From a phage, in the sequence record PZ049338.1: DNA of 64,000 nt, one strand, 5' to 3'. Position 1 is the stretch's first letter, and the number at the start of each line of letters is the position of its first letter. The notes under the pieces were generated by a model that saw nothing but the letters and a program-made list of their open reading frames with translations, had not been told where the DNA came from and made no database searches. Below are positions 18,198 through 28,324 of the stretch, piece after piece. The translations under genes were made by a program, and so were the position numbers.

Positions 18198-19840
18198 TGG
18201 CTGATTCTAACAGCCTGTCATTTGGTGCTCTCGCACTGAATACTGGCATTAATAATTTAAAGAAGGTTGTTAATCCTGTTATTAACACCTCTCTCGCTGA
18301 AAATGATTTCAAAGAGCAGAATGGTCGGTATCCAAACTCTAAGGATGAGTTGAATACTTTTATCAAGCAGGGTGGTCAATCTGAACGTGACCGTCGTAAT
18401 CCTGCTCCAACTCCTGCTCCTGCACAAGCGGCTCCAGAACAAGCTCCGGGTGAACCATTTAACCCATCTAGTCTGTTAGTTCCAGTGCAGAAACATCTTC
18501 CTACTCAACAGACACCTGATAGTGCTCAGGATAAGGCCGCACAGCAACGTGGGGCTCTTAATCAGCAAGCACAAGGCAAAGCCCAAGCTGTTGCGAAAGC
18601 ACGCTCACAGGGCTACCAGGACGTTCCTAATGCTGCTCAAGACCCAGCGGGTAACTTAGCTGCTCGTAACGCTAACAAAGCTGCTGGTGTGGGTGGTACT
18701 TCTGGTGAGATTAACTTTAATAAAGAAGGCGAAGTACCTTCTCCTCAACAAGCTCAGAACATGCAGCTTGACCAATTGGGTAAGAAGACAGCCTTCAATA
18801 TGGATGATATGCCTGAGTGGTATGAGTCTAATTCGTTTAACTATGGACTCATTTCTTTTGGTCTCAATCTGTTATCTGGTAACGATTTGGCTACCTCTTT
18901 TGGTGCCGCTGGTGAAGCTTTCTCTTCTATGTATGGGCAAGAGCGTCGTCAGATGTGGGCGCAAGATTTGATTAGTCAGGGATATTCCCCTACAGAGGTT
19001 GAAGAGTACATCCGTACTGGTAAGTCTGACGTATTGACCGACCCGATGGAGAAACAGGCTAAGCAGATTCAAATGGCTACTGGTTTGGCTAATCTGGAAG
19101 CTATTCAGTACGAGAACTCTGATGAAGAGCGTCAGTACAAGAAAGACCAAGATAAGTTTGAACGTGATATCAAGATTCAGCAACTCAATGATTCCCGTGC
19201 TGCTCGTGCTGAAAGTGCTGCCCTCCGTCGTGAACAGATGGCTATCAATCAGGAGGAAAGAGAGTTACGTCGTCAAGAGCGTGCTGAGAAAGCTGCTGCG
19301 AAGGGTCAGGAGTATAAAGAAAGCTTGGCTAAGGCTGAGAACTGGTATACCCGTGCTCGTCAAGGTTATAAGAACTACGAAGATACAGTTAAGAGTTATG
19401 GTGGTGTTAACAACATTTACTCCGATAGTGCTTTAGGTAAGATTACTCAGGCTGCACTGACTGATGCTGTGTTCTCTGGTACCTCTGTCAAAGAAGCTGT
19501 TTCGAAGGGTGTTGACGAGAAGTTCGTTACCACTGTTAACCGTGAACGTGAGTTCTTGGCTCCTCTGCTCCGTAAGGACTCTGGTGCTGCAATCTCTCAA
19601 TCTGAATGGAAAACTACGGGTGAGATTTACTTCCCACGTCCGGGTGATACCCAGCAAACGATTGACCAGAAAGCTCAATCTCGTGTTGTAGCAATGTTGG
19701 CAACCAACCCTCATGCATCTGGTGAACTCCGTGGTGCAGTTGATGCTTACACTCGTGGTGAGATTTCCTCTCTCCGTGAGAAAGGTGGTCGAGTTTATGC
19801 TCAATTACCAGACGGAAGGTGGTTGGAAATCCAACAATAA
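18197..19840 (+). CDS. virion protein (about 547 aa)
   Basis: start moved to ATG 18197 (GGGGAGG SD; TAATG overlap). Confidence 0.5.
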   Translation: MADSNSLSFGALALNTGINNLKKVVNPVINTSLAENDFKEQNGRYPNSKDELNTFIKQGGQSERDRRNPAPTPAPAQAAPEQAPGEPFNPSSLLVPVQKHLPTQQTPDSAQDKAAQQRGALNQQAQGKAQAVAKARSQGYQDVPNAAQDPAGNLAARNANKAAGVGGTSGEINFNKEGEVPSPQQAQNMQLDQLGKKTAFNMDDMPEWYESNSFNYGLISFGLNLLSGNDLATSFGAAGEAFSSMYGQERRQMWAQDLISQGYSPTEVEEYIRTGKSDVLTDPMEKQAKQIQMATGLANLEAIQYENSDEERQYKKDQDKFERDIKIQQLNDSRAARAESAALRREQMAINQEERELRRQERAEKAAAKGQEYKESLAKAENWYTRARQGYKNYEDTVKSYGGVNNIYSDSALGKITQAALTDAVFSGTSVKEAVSKGVDEKFVTTVNREREFLAPLLRKDSGAAISQSEWKTTGEIYFPRPGDTQQTIDQKAQSRVVAMLATNPHASGELRGAVDAYTRGEISSLREKGGRVYAQLPDGRWLEIQQ

Positions 19841-19855
19841 TATTGGAGATGATAA

Positions 19856-22800
19856 ATGAATTTTGTGACTGACCCTAAATTGCTTGAGGAGTTAAACGCA
19901 GGATTCAATCCACAGGGGGCTTCGGCCCCTTCGGTTGATTCCCAAACTCAAACCGCTCCACAGGAAGCAGAAACTAACTGGGGTATTTACGCTAAAGAAG
20001 ATGGTTCCATTATGGACACTATCGGTTCTGGTTTGACCAGGATGGGGCGTGCTACCGCAGCAGCTATGGTTCCTAGTGATGATGAGGACATGTCGGATTA
20101 CGCATTAGCTCGCGCTCGACGTGCTAACGCAGAGTACAAAGCTGATGCTGAAAAGCTTGGTGTTGCAGGTCAGGTAGTTGCAGGTGCTGCAACATATGCC
20201 CCTGTTATTGCCGCTGGTATTGCTAACCCTCTGGCAGGTGCTGCTATGATGGGTGGTGCTACTACTGCTGACTCTCTTGCTGCACAGATTGATAACAATC
20301 AAGATTTAGACCTTAACAGTGCAATTGCTGCCGGTGCTGCATCAGCAGGTGTCGACCTTGCTACAATGGGACTCGCCTCTCGTGGCATGAATGTTGCTAA
20401 GGAATTAACATCCCCTGTTAAGCGTGCAATTGCCGGTACTGGTATACAAGCAACTCAGGGTGCTACTTCTAACGCAGCAGCTCAAGCTGCTATTAACTTA
20501 GCATCTGGTCGTCCTTGGAATGAAGGTCTGATAGAAGCTGCTGCCATTGGTGGTGTTGCAGGTGGTGGTTTACATGCTACCCTCTCTGGATTGAACCACT
20601 CTGCAGGCACTCCACCTAATAAGGGTGGTCAGAAGGCTACAGAAGACCAAGTTAAGTTCGAAACCAAAGATGGGATTACTCCTACGGGTGATTATCGTAA
20701 TCAAGTGTACGAATACGCAAACCAACGTCACCAGTATGATGAAGACATTAACAACATCGACATTGATGATACTAATGGTTTGGATGCCGCTGTAAATGCT
20801 AAAGTAGGCATGGCACTTAACAACGGTACTGCCTCTGCTATTCAGGGCACTGCTAAGCTGTTAGATAAGTTTAAAGTACCTAAGACTATTAACTTCTGGG
20901 ATATGGATGTTGGTAATGGTATCAGTAGCCAACCTGTTGGTAACATAGCTCGCGATTGGTTCAATTTCAGTGACAAAGACCTGTTGAAAGCTGGTGAATC
21001 TATTGGCCGTGCCAAGCAGACATTGACTGGACGTACCAAAGCACTGGAACAGGGTGAGTTTGAGGAATCCTTCCTTCGTCAGATGAAAGACTCTTACGAT
21101 AAGGCCCAAAACGACATCTTAGGGCGTGCAGAATCCAACTGGCGTACCGTCGATAACATTCGTTCACAAATGACCGGTGCAGAGCGTCCTATGCGTGATT
21201 CTCTGAATATCCTGTCTCGTAACCTTGAAGACTACTCTAAGATGGTACGTGATGCCAACTTAGGTAAAGCCCCTAACACCGATACTCTCCGTGCTGTTGT
21301 AGAAAGCATTGAAGTTAATGCTAAGAAGACTGGACTTCGTGACAAGCTGAAATCTCTTGTAGATGACGCTGAGCAGTTTGATGGTATCACAAACTTAGAG
21401 TCTGCACTGTTGTTTGCAAAAGGTGCTCAGAAGGTTGCTCCTGGCATCCATCGTGCTAACCCTGACCCACTGAAAGCATCAAGCCAGAAGGCTGATATGC
21501 TGGATGCTGCTGCTGTTGCAACAGGTCAGTTCTGGTTACCTGTGGCTCGTCGTGGTCTTCGTGAGATTGGCGGTAAACGTTCTCAAGCTCGTTTGCGTGG
21601 TGAGAAGGCTCAAGGTGAAGTTGTTTCTCAATCCTTGGCTCGTGACCCACGTCCTGATTTTGTTAACCAAGCTGCTCAGCGTGGTGATTTCAAAGGTGCT
21701 GCTGATGAAGCTGCTGCTGATTTGGAATCAATGGGTATTTCTACTGGTCAGAAAGATGTATGGGGTCGTGAAGCCGAGGCTGCACCTGTACAAGAGACTG
21801 CACCAATCCAAGAAGCCCCGGTTACTCCGGAACCTAAAGTCGATGTTTGGGGTCGTCCTCGTGAGTTCACAGACCTGACTGGTCGTGGAGTACGTGAGGC
21901 AGAAGCAGCTAAGGCTGAAGCAGAGGCCGCTAACGCACCTGTGGTAGACCCAGAAGCAGAAGCCCAGATAAGGTTCAACCTTGGTGAAAGACTCGCTCAG
22001 GATGCTCGTGTGGACGCTCAGAGACGTGCTCCTGCACCAGAACCTGAACCTGCATTCACGGATAAAGACTCTCGTCGTGTAGATGACTTGCAAACCAAAC
22101 AGAACACCGATGGTTTAACATCCTCTGAAGCTCGTGAACTTGAGTCACTTATTCAGCGTAAGCCTACGCCTGAAGTTAAGGAAGCAGAACCTGAAGCCCC
22201 TAAGAAAGAAGGTGTTAAAGCTTCTGAACTGGCTCGTAAACCCATCTCTGATAAGATTAAAGAGTTCAAGGAGTTGTCTCCTGAAGCTAAGAAAGACCCT
22301 CAACTGATTAACGAGTTTACTCGTAACAGACGTCTTCTCTCTGATGCTGATAAAGCTGTATCCTCTAAGGCTACTGCTATGTCTGTTCCTCAGGAAGATA
22401 TTTGGAGAATCATTGAACGTCAAGGTGGCTTGGAGTCTGTATTTAAGGATGGTCACTCTGCTGAACGTGGTCTGAATATTCTTATGCAGAAAGATAAGAT
22501 TGACTTGCAACGTAAAGCTGATATCGAAGCTAAGAATGCCGAAGATGCCGCTGACAGTGTTAATACTAAATCAGGGAAAGGTGAGACAACCTCTACTGAT
22601 GAAGTTGATACTGGAAAGGTAATCGAAGACATGAAGAAAGACTTCATCTCTAAAGGTGTTTCTGGTGAGACATTTGAAGCTGCACAAGTCCGCGCTGAAC
22701 AGACCCTTGGCCCAGATTATACACCAACGCAGTTAGCTAACGTTGTTAAATTACTGGCAAAAGAGAAAGCGGCTAAGGCTCGTGAAGAAGCTAAGAAGAC

Positions 22801-23866
22801 TAGTAAAGCAGCTAAAACCTCTACTCCGGCAGCAACCCCTACCGTTGGTAGAACAATGCAAGACTCTTGGAATGATATTCATGGTTATGCACAGACACTC
22901 GGTGTTGATGCTGAACCTGAAATCCGTAAGGCACTTAAATCAGCCATGAACTCTGGTAACAAGGACAGGGCTAAATTTAAGGCACTTAGCGAGGCCAAGG
23001 AGCGTGAGTTGTACAACAAGGTAGACGACTTCATTGCAGAACAGCAGAAGGCCTACGAGCGTGCTTTAGCGGCTCCTAAGACCGAACAACCTGCTGAGTT
23101 GGGTGAATGGCGTAAGAAGGTTGCAGACCTCAAGAAACGTCGTGCTCGTGTTTCTAACTTCAATGACTGGCAGACTAAGAAAGCTAATGACCGCAAGGTA
23201 GTAGCAGAGAAAGCTATCAAAGAAGAAGAAGCTCGTACTAAGCGTTTAGAGGCTGAAGCTAAGAAGGCTGATGATGAAGCTAAGGCTGCTGAGAAGGCTA
23301 TCAAAGATGCTGAAGAAGCTAAGGCAGCAGAGCAGAAGAAAATGGAAGAAGCTGTAGAGAAGGCTTTCGAAGAGAAAGATATGGATGCTGATGTTATCGT
23401 AGAAGCTGGTTCCCAGTTGTTTGAGAAACTTGCTGCTCGTGTTAACAGTACAGATTCACCTGACTACAATAAGTTGAAAGCCATTATGACTGTTGTTGAG
23501 CGTAACCTGCCAGTTACCAAACTGAAAACAGGTGAACGTAATCAGGCTAAAGCTTTACTGCTGTCCCAGAAGGCACTGTTCGATGGTCTGGCTCGTAAAG
23601 CAGAGTTCCCGAACAATCCTGAATACTGGTTGTCTACAACAGAACGTGACTTAATTGGTGAAGCATACACTGGTAAGCAAGGGACTAAGGAGTACGGTTC
23701 CATGTATCAGCGTCTGCGTGCTGGTCTGTTCGAAGACGAATCAACTCGTGAGTATGTTCGATTCCCTATCGAGGCTCTGAATCGTAAGATTAAGAATCTT
23801 CGTAAGCGTGCTGAGAATACTACTGAACTTGGAGAGGGTGCTATTAACGTTCAGGACATCAAGTAA
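19856..23866 (+). CDS. large Ala-rich/coiled-coil internal virion or ejection protein (1336 aa)
   Basis: size, composition, position at end of structural block. Confidence 0.5.
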   Translation: MNFVTDPKLLEELNAGFNPQGASAPSVDSQTQTAPQEAETNWGIYAKEDGSIMDTIGSGLTRMGRATAAAMVPSDDEDMSDYALARARRANAEYKADAEKLGVAGQVVAGAATYAPVIAAGIANPLAGAAMMGGATTADSLAAQIDNNQDLDLNSAIAAGAASAGVDLATMGLASRGMNVAKELTSPVKRAIAGTGIQATQGATSNAAAQAAINLASGRPWNEGLIEAAAIGGVAGGGLHATLSGLNHSAGTPPNKGGQKATEDQVKFETKDGITPTGDYRNQVYEYANQRHQYDEDINNIDIDDTNGLDAAVNAKVGMALNNGTASAIQGTAKLLDKFKVPKTINFWDMDVGNGISSQPVGNIARDWFNFSDKDLLKAGESIGRAKQTLTGRTKALEQGEFEESFLRQMKDSYDKAQNDILGRAESNWRTVDNIRSQMTGAERPMRDSLNILSRNLEDYSKMVRDANLGKAPNTDTLRAVVESIEVNAKKTGLRDKLKSLVDDAEQFDGITNLESALLFAKGAQKVAPGIHRANPDPLKASSQKADMLDAAAVATGQFWLPVARRGLREIGGKRSQARLRGEKAQGEVVSQSLARDPRPDFVNQAAQRGDFKGAADEAAADLESMGISTGQKDVWGREAEAAPVQETAPIQEAPVTPEPKVDVWGRPREFTDLTGRGVREAEAAKAEAEAANAPVVDPEAEAQIRFNLGERLAQDARVDAQRRAPAPEPEPAFTDKDSRRVDDLQTKQNTDGLTSSEARELESLIQRKPTPEVKEAEPEAPKKEGVKASELARKPISDKIKEFKELSPEAKKDPQLINEFTRNRRLLSDADKAVSSKATAMSVPQEDIWRIIERQGGLESVFKDGHSAERGLNILMQKDKIDLQRKADIEAKNAEDAADSVNTKSGKGETTSTDEVDTGKVIEDMKKDFISKGVSGETFEAAQVRAEQTLGPDYTPTQLANVVKLLAKEKAAKAREEAKKTSKAAKTSTPAATPTVGRTMQDSWNDIHGYAQTLGVDAEPEIRKALKSAMNSGNKDRAKFKALSEAKERELYNKVDDFIAEQQKAYERALAAPKTEQPAELGEWRKKVADLKKRRARVSNFNDWQTKKANDRKVVAEKAIKEEEARTKRLEAEAKKADDEAKAAEKAIKDAEEAKAAEQKKMEEAVEKAFEEKDMDADVIVEAGSQLFEKLAARVNSTDSPDYNKLKAIMTVVERNLPVTKLKTGERNQAKALLLSQKALFDGLARKAEFPNNPEYWLSTTERDLIGEAYTGKQGTKEYGSMYQRLRAGLFEDESTREYVRFPIEALNRKIKNLRKRAENTTELGEGAINVQDIK

Positions 23867-24085
23867 TTGTAAGGTGTTGCAAATTATGGCACTAATATAG
23901 TTTGTGACACACTTGCAGATTCACCGTACCTGAATAGGACTTGATAATGAACGAATATAAACTTCCTTCGAACAAAGATAAAGATTTCTGGGAACGTAAT
24001 AACGAATCTCGGAAAGAAAGCAAAATCACCAAAAAGAAGGGAGATAAAAACCCTTGGACTCCATACCGGAGTTGGTAACCTTTAC

Positions 24086-24110
24086 AGGGCTCCTTCGGGA
24101 GCCTTTTTTC
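24086..24110 (+). terminator. intrinsic terminator (GGGCTCC ttcg GGAGCC + TTTTTT)
   Basis: read directly. Confidence 0.75.
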
Positions 24111-24128
24111 GTTTATGGGGTATAAGAT

Positions 24129-24554
24129 TTGAAAAAGAGATATTACAAGAAGAAAGAAGGGTCGTTGAAAGGGACTGGATACGACTCCTTTTTAGAGAAG
24201 CATGTTCATGAGAACATAATCCCGAATGCCAGATTCCATGATAAGGGAGATAAGGTGTCTTATACCGTTTCTCATACTTACGAACCTGATTTCGTATTAG
24301 AGAAAGATGGTAAGACTTACTTAGTGGAAACTAAGGGTAGGTTCAGGGATTCAAATGAGGCTAGGAAGTACATCTTTATTAGAGAATTCTTACCAGAGAA
24401 TACTGAATTGGTATTTGTATGGGAGAAGTCCAACACCATATTCCCGTTCGCCAAAAAGAGGAAGGATGGGACTAAAGCAACTCATGAGGAATGGGCCATT
24501 AAGAACGGCTTTCGGAACTGGGTTCAAACATCATTCACAGAGGAAGTGTTATGA
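24129..24554 (+). CDS. endonuclease I-like Holliday junction resolvase (PD-(D/E)xK)
   Basis: HTYEPDFVL...YLVETKG and IREFLPE align by eye with recalled T7 gene 3 endonuclease (HTYTPDFLL...FVETKG, IREQHPE). Confidence 0.7.
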   Translation: MKKRYYKKKEGSLKGTGYDSFLEKHVHENIIPNARFHDKGDKVSYTVSHTYEPDFVLEKDGKTYLVETKGRFRDSNEARKYIFIREFLPENTELVFVWEKSNTIFPFAKKRKDGTKATHEEWAIKNGFRNWVQTSFTEEVL

Positions 24555-24970
24555 TTAAGCATATAGCTACATGGGTTAAACAAGTTGTATTTGGGGCTGG
24601 TATTGTGGCAGTCCTTGGTCTATTCCCACTAGGTTACAAATATGGGGTAGATTCTGAACACATTGCTCAACGAGCAGAGTATACCAAAGAACTTGAAACC
24701 TTAGTCAAACGTTATGACCAGACTCAAGGTATCTTATCAGCATTGGCTCAGGGTCAGCAAGTTTCATTGACCCTTTTACGCACTAAACAGGATGGAGTGA
24801 AAAGTGACGTTAATAAGTACAATCAAAGCAGTAATGCTCGTATTTCTTGTCTTGATGATGAGTGGTTGCGGGTCTACAACAACTCCATTACCGGAGATAA
24901 GCATAAATCCGGAAGCAAGGTTGATGGAAAGACCACAGGAAAGGTTAACACTGGAGATGGGAGCAAATAA
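24551..24970 (+). CDS. i-spanin (Rz-like)
   Basis: N-terminal TM (VVFGAGIVAVLGLFPLG) then charged periplasmic domain; o-spanin ORF nested out of frame. Confidence 0.6.
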   Translation: MIKHIATWVKQVVFGAGIVAVLGLFPLGYKYGVDSEHIAQRAEYTKELETLVKRYDQTQGILSALAQGQQVSLTLLRTKQDGVKSDVNKYNQSSNARISCLDDEWLRVYNNSITGDKHKSGSKVDGKTTGKVNTGDGSK

Positions 24971-25082
24971 TGGTAATGCTCTTTCTGTTATCACTGAGAA
25001 TAACATGATATGTGAAAGAGAGATTAATAAACTCACTGATTTGCAAGATTGGGTGGGGTTATTGAAACATGTGCCTAAATAA
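24804..25082 (+). CDS. o-spanin (Rz1-like outer-membrane lipoprotein)
   Basis: signal peptide plus lipobox-like LMMSGC, Pro-rich; overlaps and extends past i-spanin. Confidence 0.6.
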   Translation: MTLISTIKAVMLVFLVLMMSGCGSTTTPLPEISINPEARLMERPQERLTLEMGANNGNALSVITENNMICEREINKLTDLQDWVGLLKHVPK

Positions 25083-25087
25083 GATAT

Positions 25088-25114
25088 AGGGGAATATTAA
25101 TTTCCCCTTTTTTC
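25088..25114 (+). terminator. intrinsic terminator (AGGGGAA tattaat TTCCCCT + TTTTTT)
   Basis: read directly; end of plus-strand late block. Confidence 0.7.
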
Positions 25115-25155
25115 TTAAAAGTTTGTAAGATAATTAGAAATGTTAAGTAGAATTA

Positions 25156-25178
25156 CTCTTTATATATGTGGATTAACT
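25156..25178 (+). promoter_or_regulatory. 23-bp repeated element CTCTTTATATATGTGGATTAACT (copy A)
   Basis: identical to 47913-47935; inverted near-copy at 4270-4292. Confidence 0.45.
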
Positions 25179-25310
25179 CCACCCTATATAATAATAAAGA
25201 CTGAGGTTAATTATCAGTGAAATAATAACTAGAACCAGTGGAATCATCCAATTGTCAAGAAAATTAAGTATTGACAGTGCTATCTTGTTCATACTTTGTA
25301 ATCCACTCCT

Positions 25311-26030
25311 CTATCGTTGGGGGGGTTTAACTTTCTCGATAGCTGCTCTAAAGATTGCAGCACGGTGGAGTTTATCAGATATTTCCGGAGAACGTAACTT
25401 AGTCTTTGGAACAATAATTGAGACATAAGCACTATCAGCAGAATCGAAAGGATATTGACTAATTGCCCTAACATCTAAAGCCCTCAAACCATGAATCTTC
25501 ACAGGATATTTCTTTGTGATGTAAATGTGCTTGAAAACCTCGTCCATTCGCTCTCTCCAAGCCGGGGAGCGTATAGAACGGTGTCTACCAACACAACCTA
25601 TGGCTACACGTTCAAACCTCTCACACAGCCTCTCAAGACGTTCTAGAGACCCTTCGGAGTGCCATACAGGTACTGCCTTGCTTAGTAGGTGTTCTGGTAA
25701 CTTCGCTAGGAGCGCGTCGTTTTCTTCATCAGTGCCGCCAATAACGTCAGGTACAATAAACCACCCGATACGAGCATAAAGAGACTCAACCCACTTATAA
25801 TACTTATTCCAATGTTTATCCCAGTCAACTATCTCACCTTTACGATTCGATTTCATCCAAACAGAGAAAGCACCATTATCAAGAATCAAGTCACAATCTA
25901 ATTGAACTATACGCTTAATCTGGTCAGGGCGATGGAAAGAAACAAGGGCTCCACCTCCACGGTAGAGTGCCTTGATTAGCTCATCACCTTCACCACCCCA
26001 AATAGGGCCACCATGAAAGTGTATTGTCAT
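25311..26030 (-). CDS. hypothetical protein (239 aa), coupled to NADAR gene
   Basis: ORF track; 4-nt overlap with upstream gene. Confidence 0.55.
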   Translation of the reverse strand: MTIHFHGGPIWGGEGDELIKALYRGGGALVSFHRPDQIKRIVQLDCDLILDNGAFSVWMKSNRKGEIVDWDKHWNKYYKWVESLYARIGWFIVPDVIGGTDEENDALLAKLPEHLLSKAVPVWHSEGSLERLERLCERFERVAIGCVGRHRSIRSPAWRERMDEVFKHIYITKKYPVKIHGLRALDVRAISQYPFDSADSAYVSIIVPKTKLRSPEISDKLHRAAIFRAAIEKVKPPQR

Positions 26031-26503
26031 TTTCGTTCCTGTAATAGTTTACGGAGCCTATCAAACTCAGCAAGCATCCAACCATATTGAGGTTGGTTAA
26101 TTACTGTAGCATTATTAGGTTGTCCATAATAATAGTAATGCTCAAATGGCAATGTAGATTCAGAAAGCAAGATGCGGATATCCCGATGCTGTCTCAGTTT
26201 ACAACGAATAGCTGCAAGGATAACTTCCTGATGCTCAAGCTCCATATTACCTCTGGTGTCAATACGGAACTCTTTAACAGTTTTACCAATACGTTTGGAG
26301 CCATGACCAGATGCCAGTCTGAATTCATCAAACTGACAACCAGTTAAGTAGTAATGCCAGAAGCCTTCCATTGAACGGAATGAACCATATCCATCAACAA
26401 TGAAGTCTCTGTCGTACAAGTTAGAAAGCATTCTACCAAGTTCAGTGTGACCTCTTGAGTAGATATTGATGTGCTCAACACCATCCAATGTGGGGTTTAT
26501 CAA
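26027..26503 (-). CDS. NADAR-domain (YbiA-like) protein
   Basis: INIYSRG...LSNLY...FIVDGYGSFRSMEGFWHYY fits recalled NADAR pattern. Confidence 0.6.
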   Translation of the reverse strand: MINPTLDGVEHINIYSRGHTELGRMLSNLYDRDFIVDGYGSFRSMEGFWHYYLTGCQFDEFRLASGHGSKRIGKTVKEFRIDTRGNMELEHQEVILAAIRCKLRQHRDIRILLSESTLPFEHYYYYGQPNNATVINQPQYGWMLAEFDRLRKLLQERK

Positions 26504-26748
26504 AACGGAATATCCTCTTCTAACTGTCTACGAACCTCAGCCTCTGACATTTCAACACAGACAGGGCAATACCACTGATTGTTGAGAACCGTTCCCCAGC
26601 CGCTTGCTACGGCCCCTGTTGTGGTTCGTATGCCACATGGACAAGGGACTAAGCCCTCGTCGTCAAGAATAAGTTTAGATTTAGTTTTAGCCACCAAATA
26701 ACTCCTTCGCCTGCTGTTTAAACTTCGCAACTTCTTCCGGGTTGTCAC
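26500..26748 (-). CDS. small Zn-ribbon protein (82 aa, GTG start)
   Basis: CPC...CPVC cysteine pairs; start codon lies inside a TACTACTGTGAC-like motif. Confidence 0.4.
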   Translation of the reverse strand: MTTRKKLRSLNSRRRSYLVAKTKSKLILDDEGLVPCPCGIRTTTGAVASGWGTVLNNQWYCPVCVEMSEAEVRRQLEEDIPF

Positions 26749-27256
26749 AGTAGTTTAAGTCAGCTTCAAGTAATGCGTAATGGATAACTTTCAAAAGATC
26801 TTGAAGACCATTCTTATCTTTGTGCCGGTATGCATACTTAATCATATTGCACTGTTGAAAATTTAACTGAGGATTTGCGTTGTAGAATTCAATTGGCTGA
26901 ATACGCCCACTACCTGCTTGATAGTGAGAACCACCAACCATAGTGCTTAATGAATTACCCTTAGATGCCATCGCTAATTGCTCCGTGTGGTCATGTGAAT
27001 AGTCTACTGGGGCAGTTTTATGTCCAGTAAGCATTGGTACGCAAATGTGGACTTCATTACGCTTACCCACATCAATTGCCTTTCTTTCATTACTTAATTC
27101 ATACCCTGTCATTTGGGCTAGGTTATGAAGTTGGTCAGACACTATCTCATACATCTTTCTAAAAGCTTTGGCAGATAAGGATGCTTCCTCGTATTTTCGG
27201 CTTAATACCTGAAGTTCCGCCTCAGTCTCGAAGTGATTAATCATCGTCTTCATCAT
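26687..27256 (-). CDS. hypothetical protein (189 aa), C-terminal conserved-looking SHYQAG...IQPIEFY region
   Basis: ORF track; resemblance to a phage DUF recalled only vaguely. Confidence 0.5.
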   Translation of the reverse strand: MMKTMINHFETEAELQVLSRKYEEASLSAKAFRKMYEIVSDQLHNLAQMTGYELSNERKAIDVGKRNEVHICVPMLTGHKTAPVDYSHDHTEQLAMASKGNSLSTMVGGSHYQAGSGRIQPIEFYNANPQLNFQQCNMIKYAYRHKDKNGLQDLLKVIHYALLEADLNYCDNPEEVAKFKQQAKELFGG

Positions 27257-27342
27257 CCTCAGATTTCTTAATCATAATCATCATGCCCATTAATAGTAAC
27301 ATGAAAGCCAATACAAACAAATCACTAACAAATAAAGACGGG

Positions 27343-27687
27343 TTAGTAAACATAACAAGGTTTTCCTAATCGTTTCATCTCTGAAATCATATGCTTAGTC
27401 CCTTTGGACTCACCATCCCACATAATAATCGCTTGGTCGGCGTAGAGAGCCATCTTTGCATTGCGCAAGTGACCAGCCTTTTTACCATGTATGTGCCATT
27501 CGGCTGGGAATCGTTTAACTGGAGCACGACAACGAGCAGCTATACGCTCGCCATGTTGGTCTGGCCCTCGGGCTGTACCTGATACTACTTCGGTAATAGT
27601 CCTGCGGATATCCTTAGGAATCTGATTCCATTGAACCACAAACTCCTCCCAAGTTATATCACGACTTCCGGCAATGATAGTCTTCAT
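27343..27687 (-). CDS. SLOG / DUF2493-like nucleotide-binding protein
   Basis: GSRD...SGTARGPD...FPAEW...GKKAGHLRN...WDGESKGT fits recalled family pattern. Confidence 0.5.
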   Translation of the reverse strand: MKTIIAGSRDITWEEFVVQWNQIPKDIRRTITEVVSGTARGPDQHGERIAARCRAPVKRFPAEWHIHGKKAGHLRNAKMALYADQAIIMWDGESKGTKHMISEMKRLGKPCYVY

Positions 27688-27688
27688 G

Positions 27689-27868
27689 TCAGAGTCCTTC
27701 TACGGTCTTACCTATTACGAAAACCTCTTCATCTGGGAAACGAGCTAAGTAACGCTGACCTGCTTCTTCAGCAGCCTCAGTTGTTGAGTGAACACTCTCA
27801 CAGAACCATTCCCACTGACAGTAAGGGCTATCACTATATGTAGTAGCCATCAAAATAAATACCATCAT
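27689..27868 (-). CDS. small hypothetical protein (59 aa)
   Basis: start trimmed to ATGATG at 27868, 1 nt after upstream stop. Confidence 0.35.
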   Translation of the reverse strand: MMVFILMATTYSDSPYCQWEWFCESVHSTTEAAEEAGQRYLARFPDEEVFVIGKTVEGL

Positions 27869-27869
27869 A

Positions 27870-28310
27870 TTAAAACCTGCTAGATAAGTCAGCACCATGT
27901 GCCGATATACGCTTATACTTCAGCGTCATTTCATAAGTAGAGGTTGCTTTTGTATATGCAATCCACTCTACACCCAATTCCATTGCAACTTCACGCATCC
28001 AACGATAACCACCCACGAGAGCACGCCTGTTAGCGTCTGTGGAGAACGCAACTAGTACAGACATACAATCACCTACATGCATATCAACTTCTCGGTAGAA
28101 GGCCATTGAGGCCACTATATTGCCATCATCACCGAACACTACATACTCATACCGGTTCATACTTTCAATGAGTATTTTTGTATTATAGTAGAACTCGAAT
28201 GACTCTCGATGCTGGAAAAGGGGCTGACCAGCCCACACAACACCAGCAAATCTTGGAGAGAATCCTGCTGTGGGGCTGTTTGGCCCCTTAATGTATTTAT
28301 GTACAGGCAT
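27870..28310 (-). CDS. hypothetical protein (146 aa)
   Basis: ORF track. Confidence 0.5.
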   Translation of the reverse strand: MPVHKYIKGPNSPTAGFSPRFAGVVWAGQPLFQHRESFEFYYNTKILIESMNRYEYVVFGDDGNIVASMAFYREVDMHVGDCMSVLVAFSTDANRRALVGGYRWMREVAMELGVEWIAYTKATSTYEMTLKYKRISAHGADLSSRF

Positions 28311-28324
28311 GGTCAGTTCCTTAA

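Noticed and set aside
8929-23304. Numerous minus-strand ORFs inside the plus-strand structural genes (e.g. 9208-9612, 12596-13507, 16962-17156, 21748-21978)
   Set aside because: Antisense shadows of long, well-supported structural ORFs; several are low-complexity mirror images of acidic or Gly/Ala-rich tracts.
27257-27342. 21-aa micro-ORF (MLLLMGMMIMIKK...) overlapping the start of gene 26687-27256
   Set aside because: No RBS, and it overlaps the start codon region of a better-supported gene out of frame.
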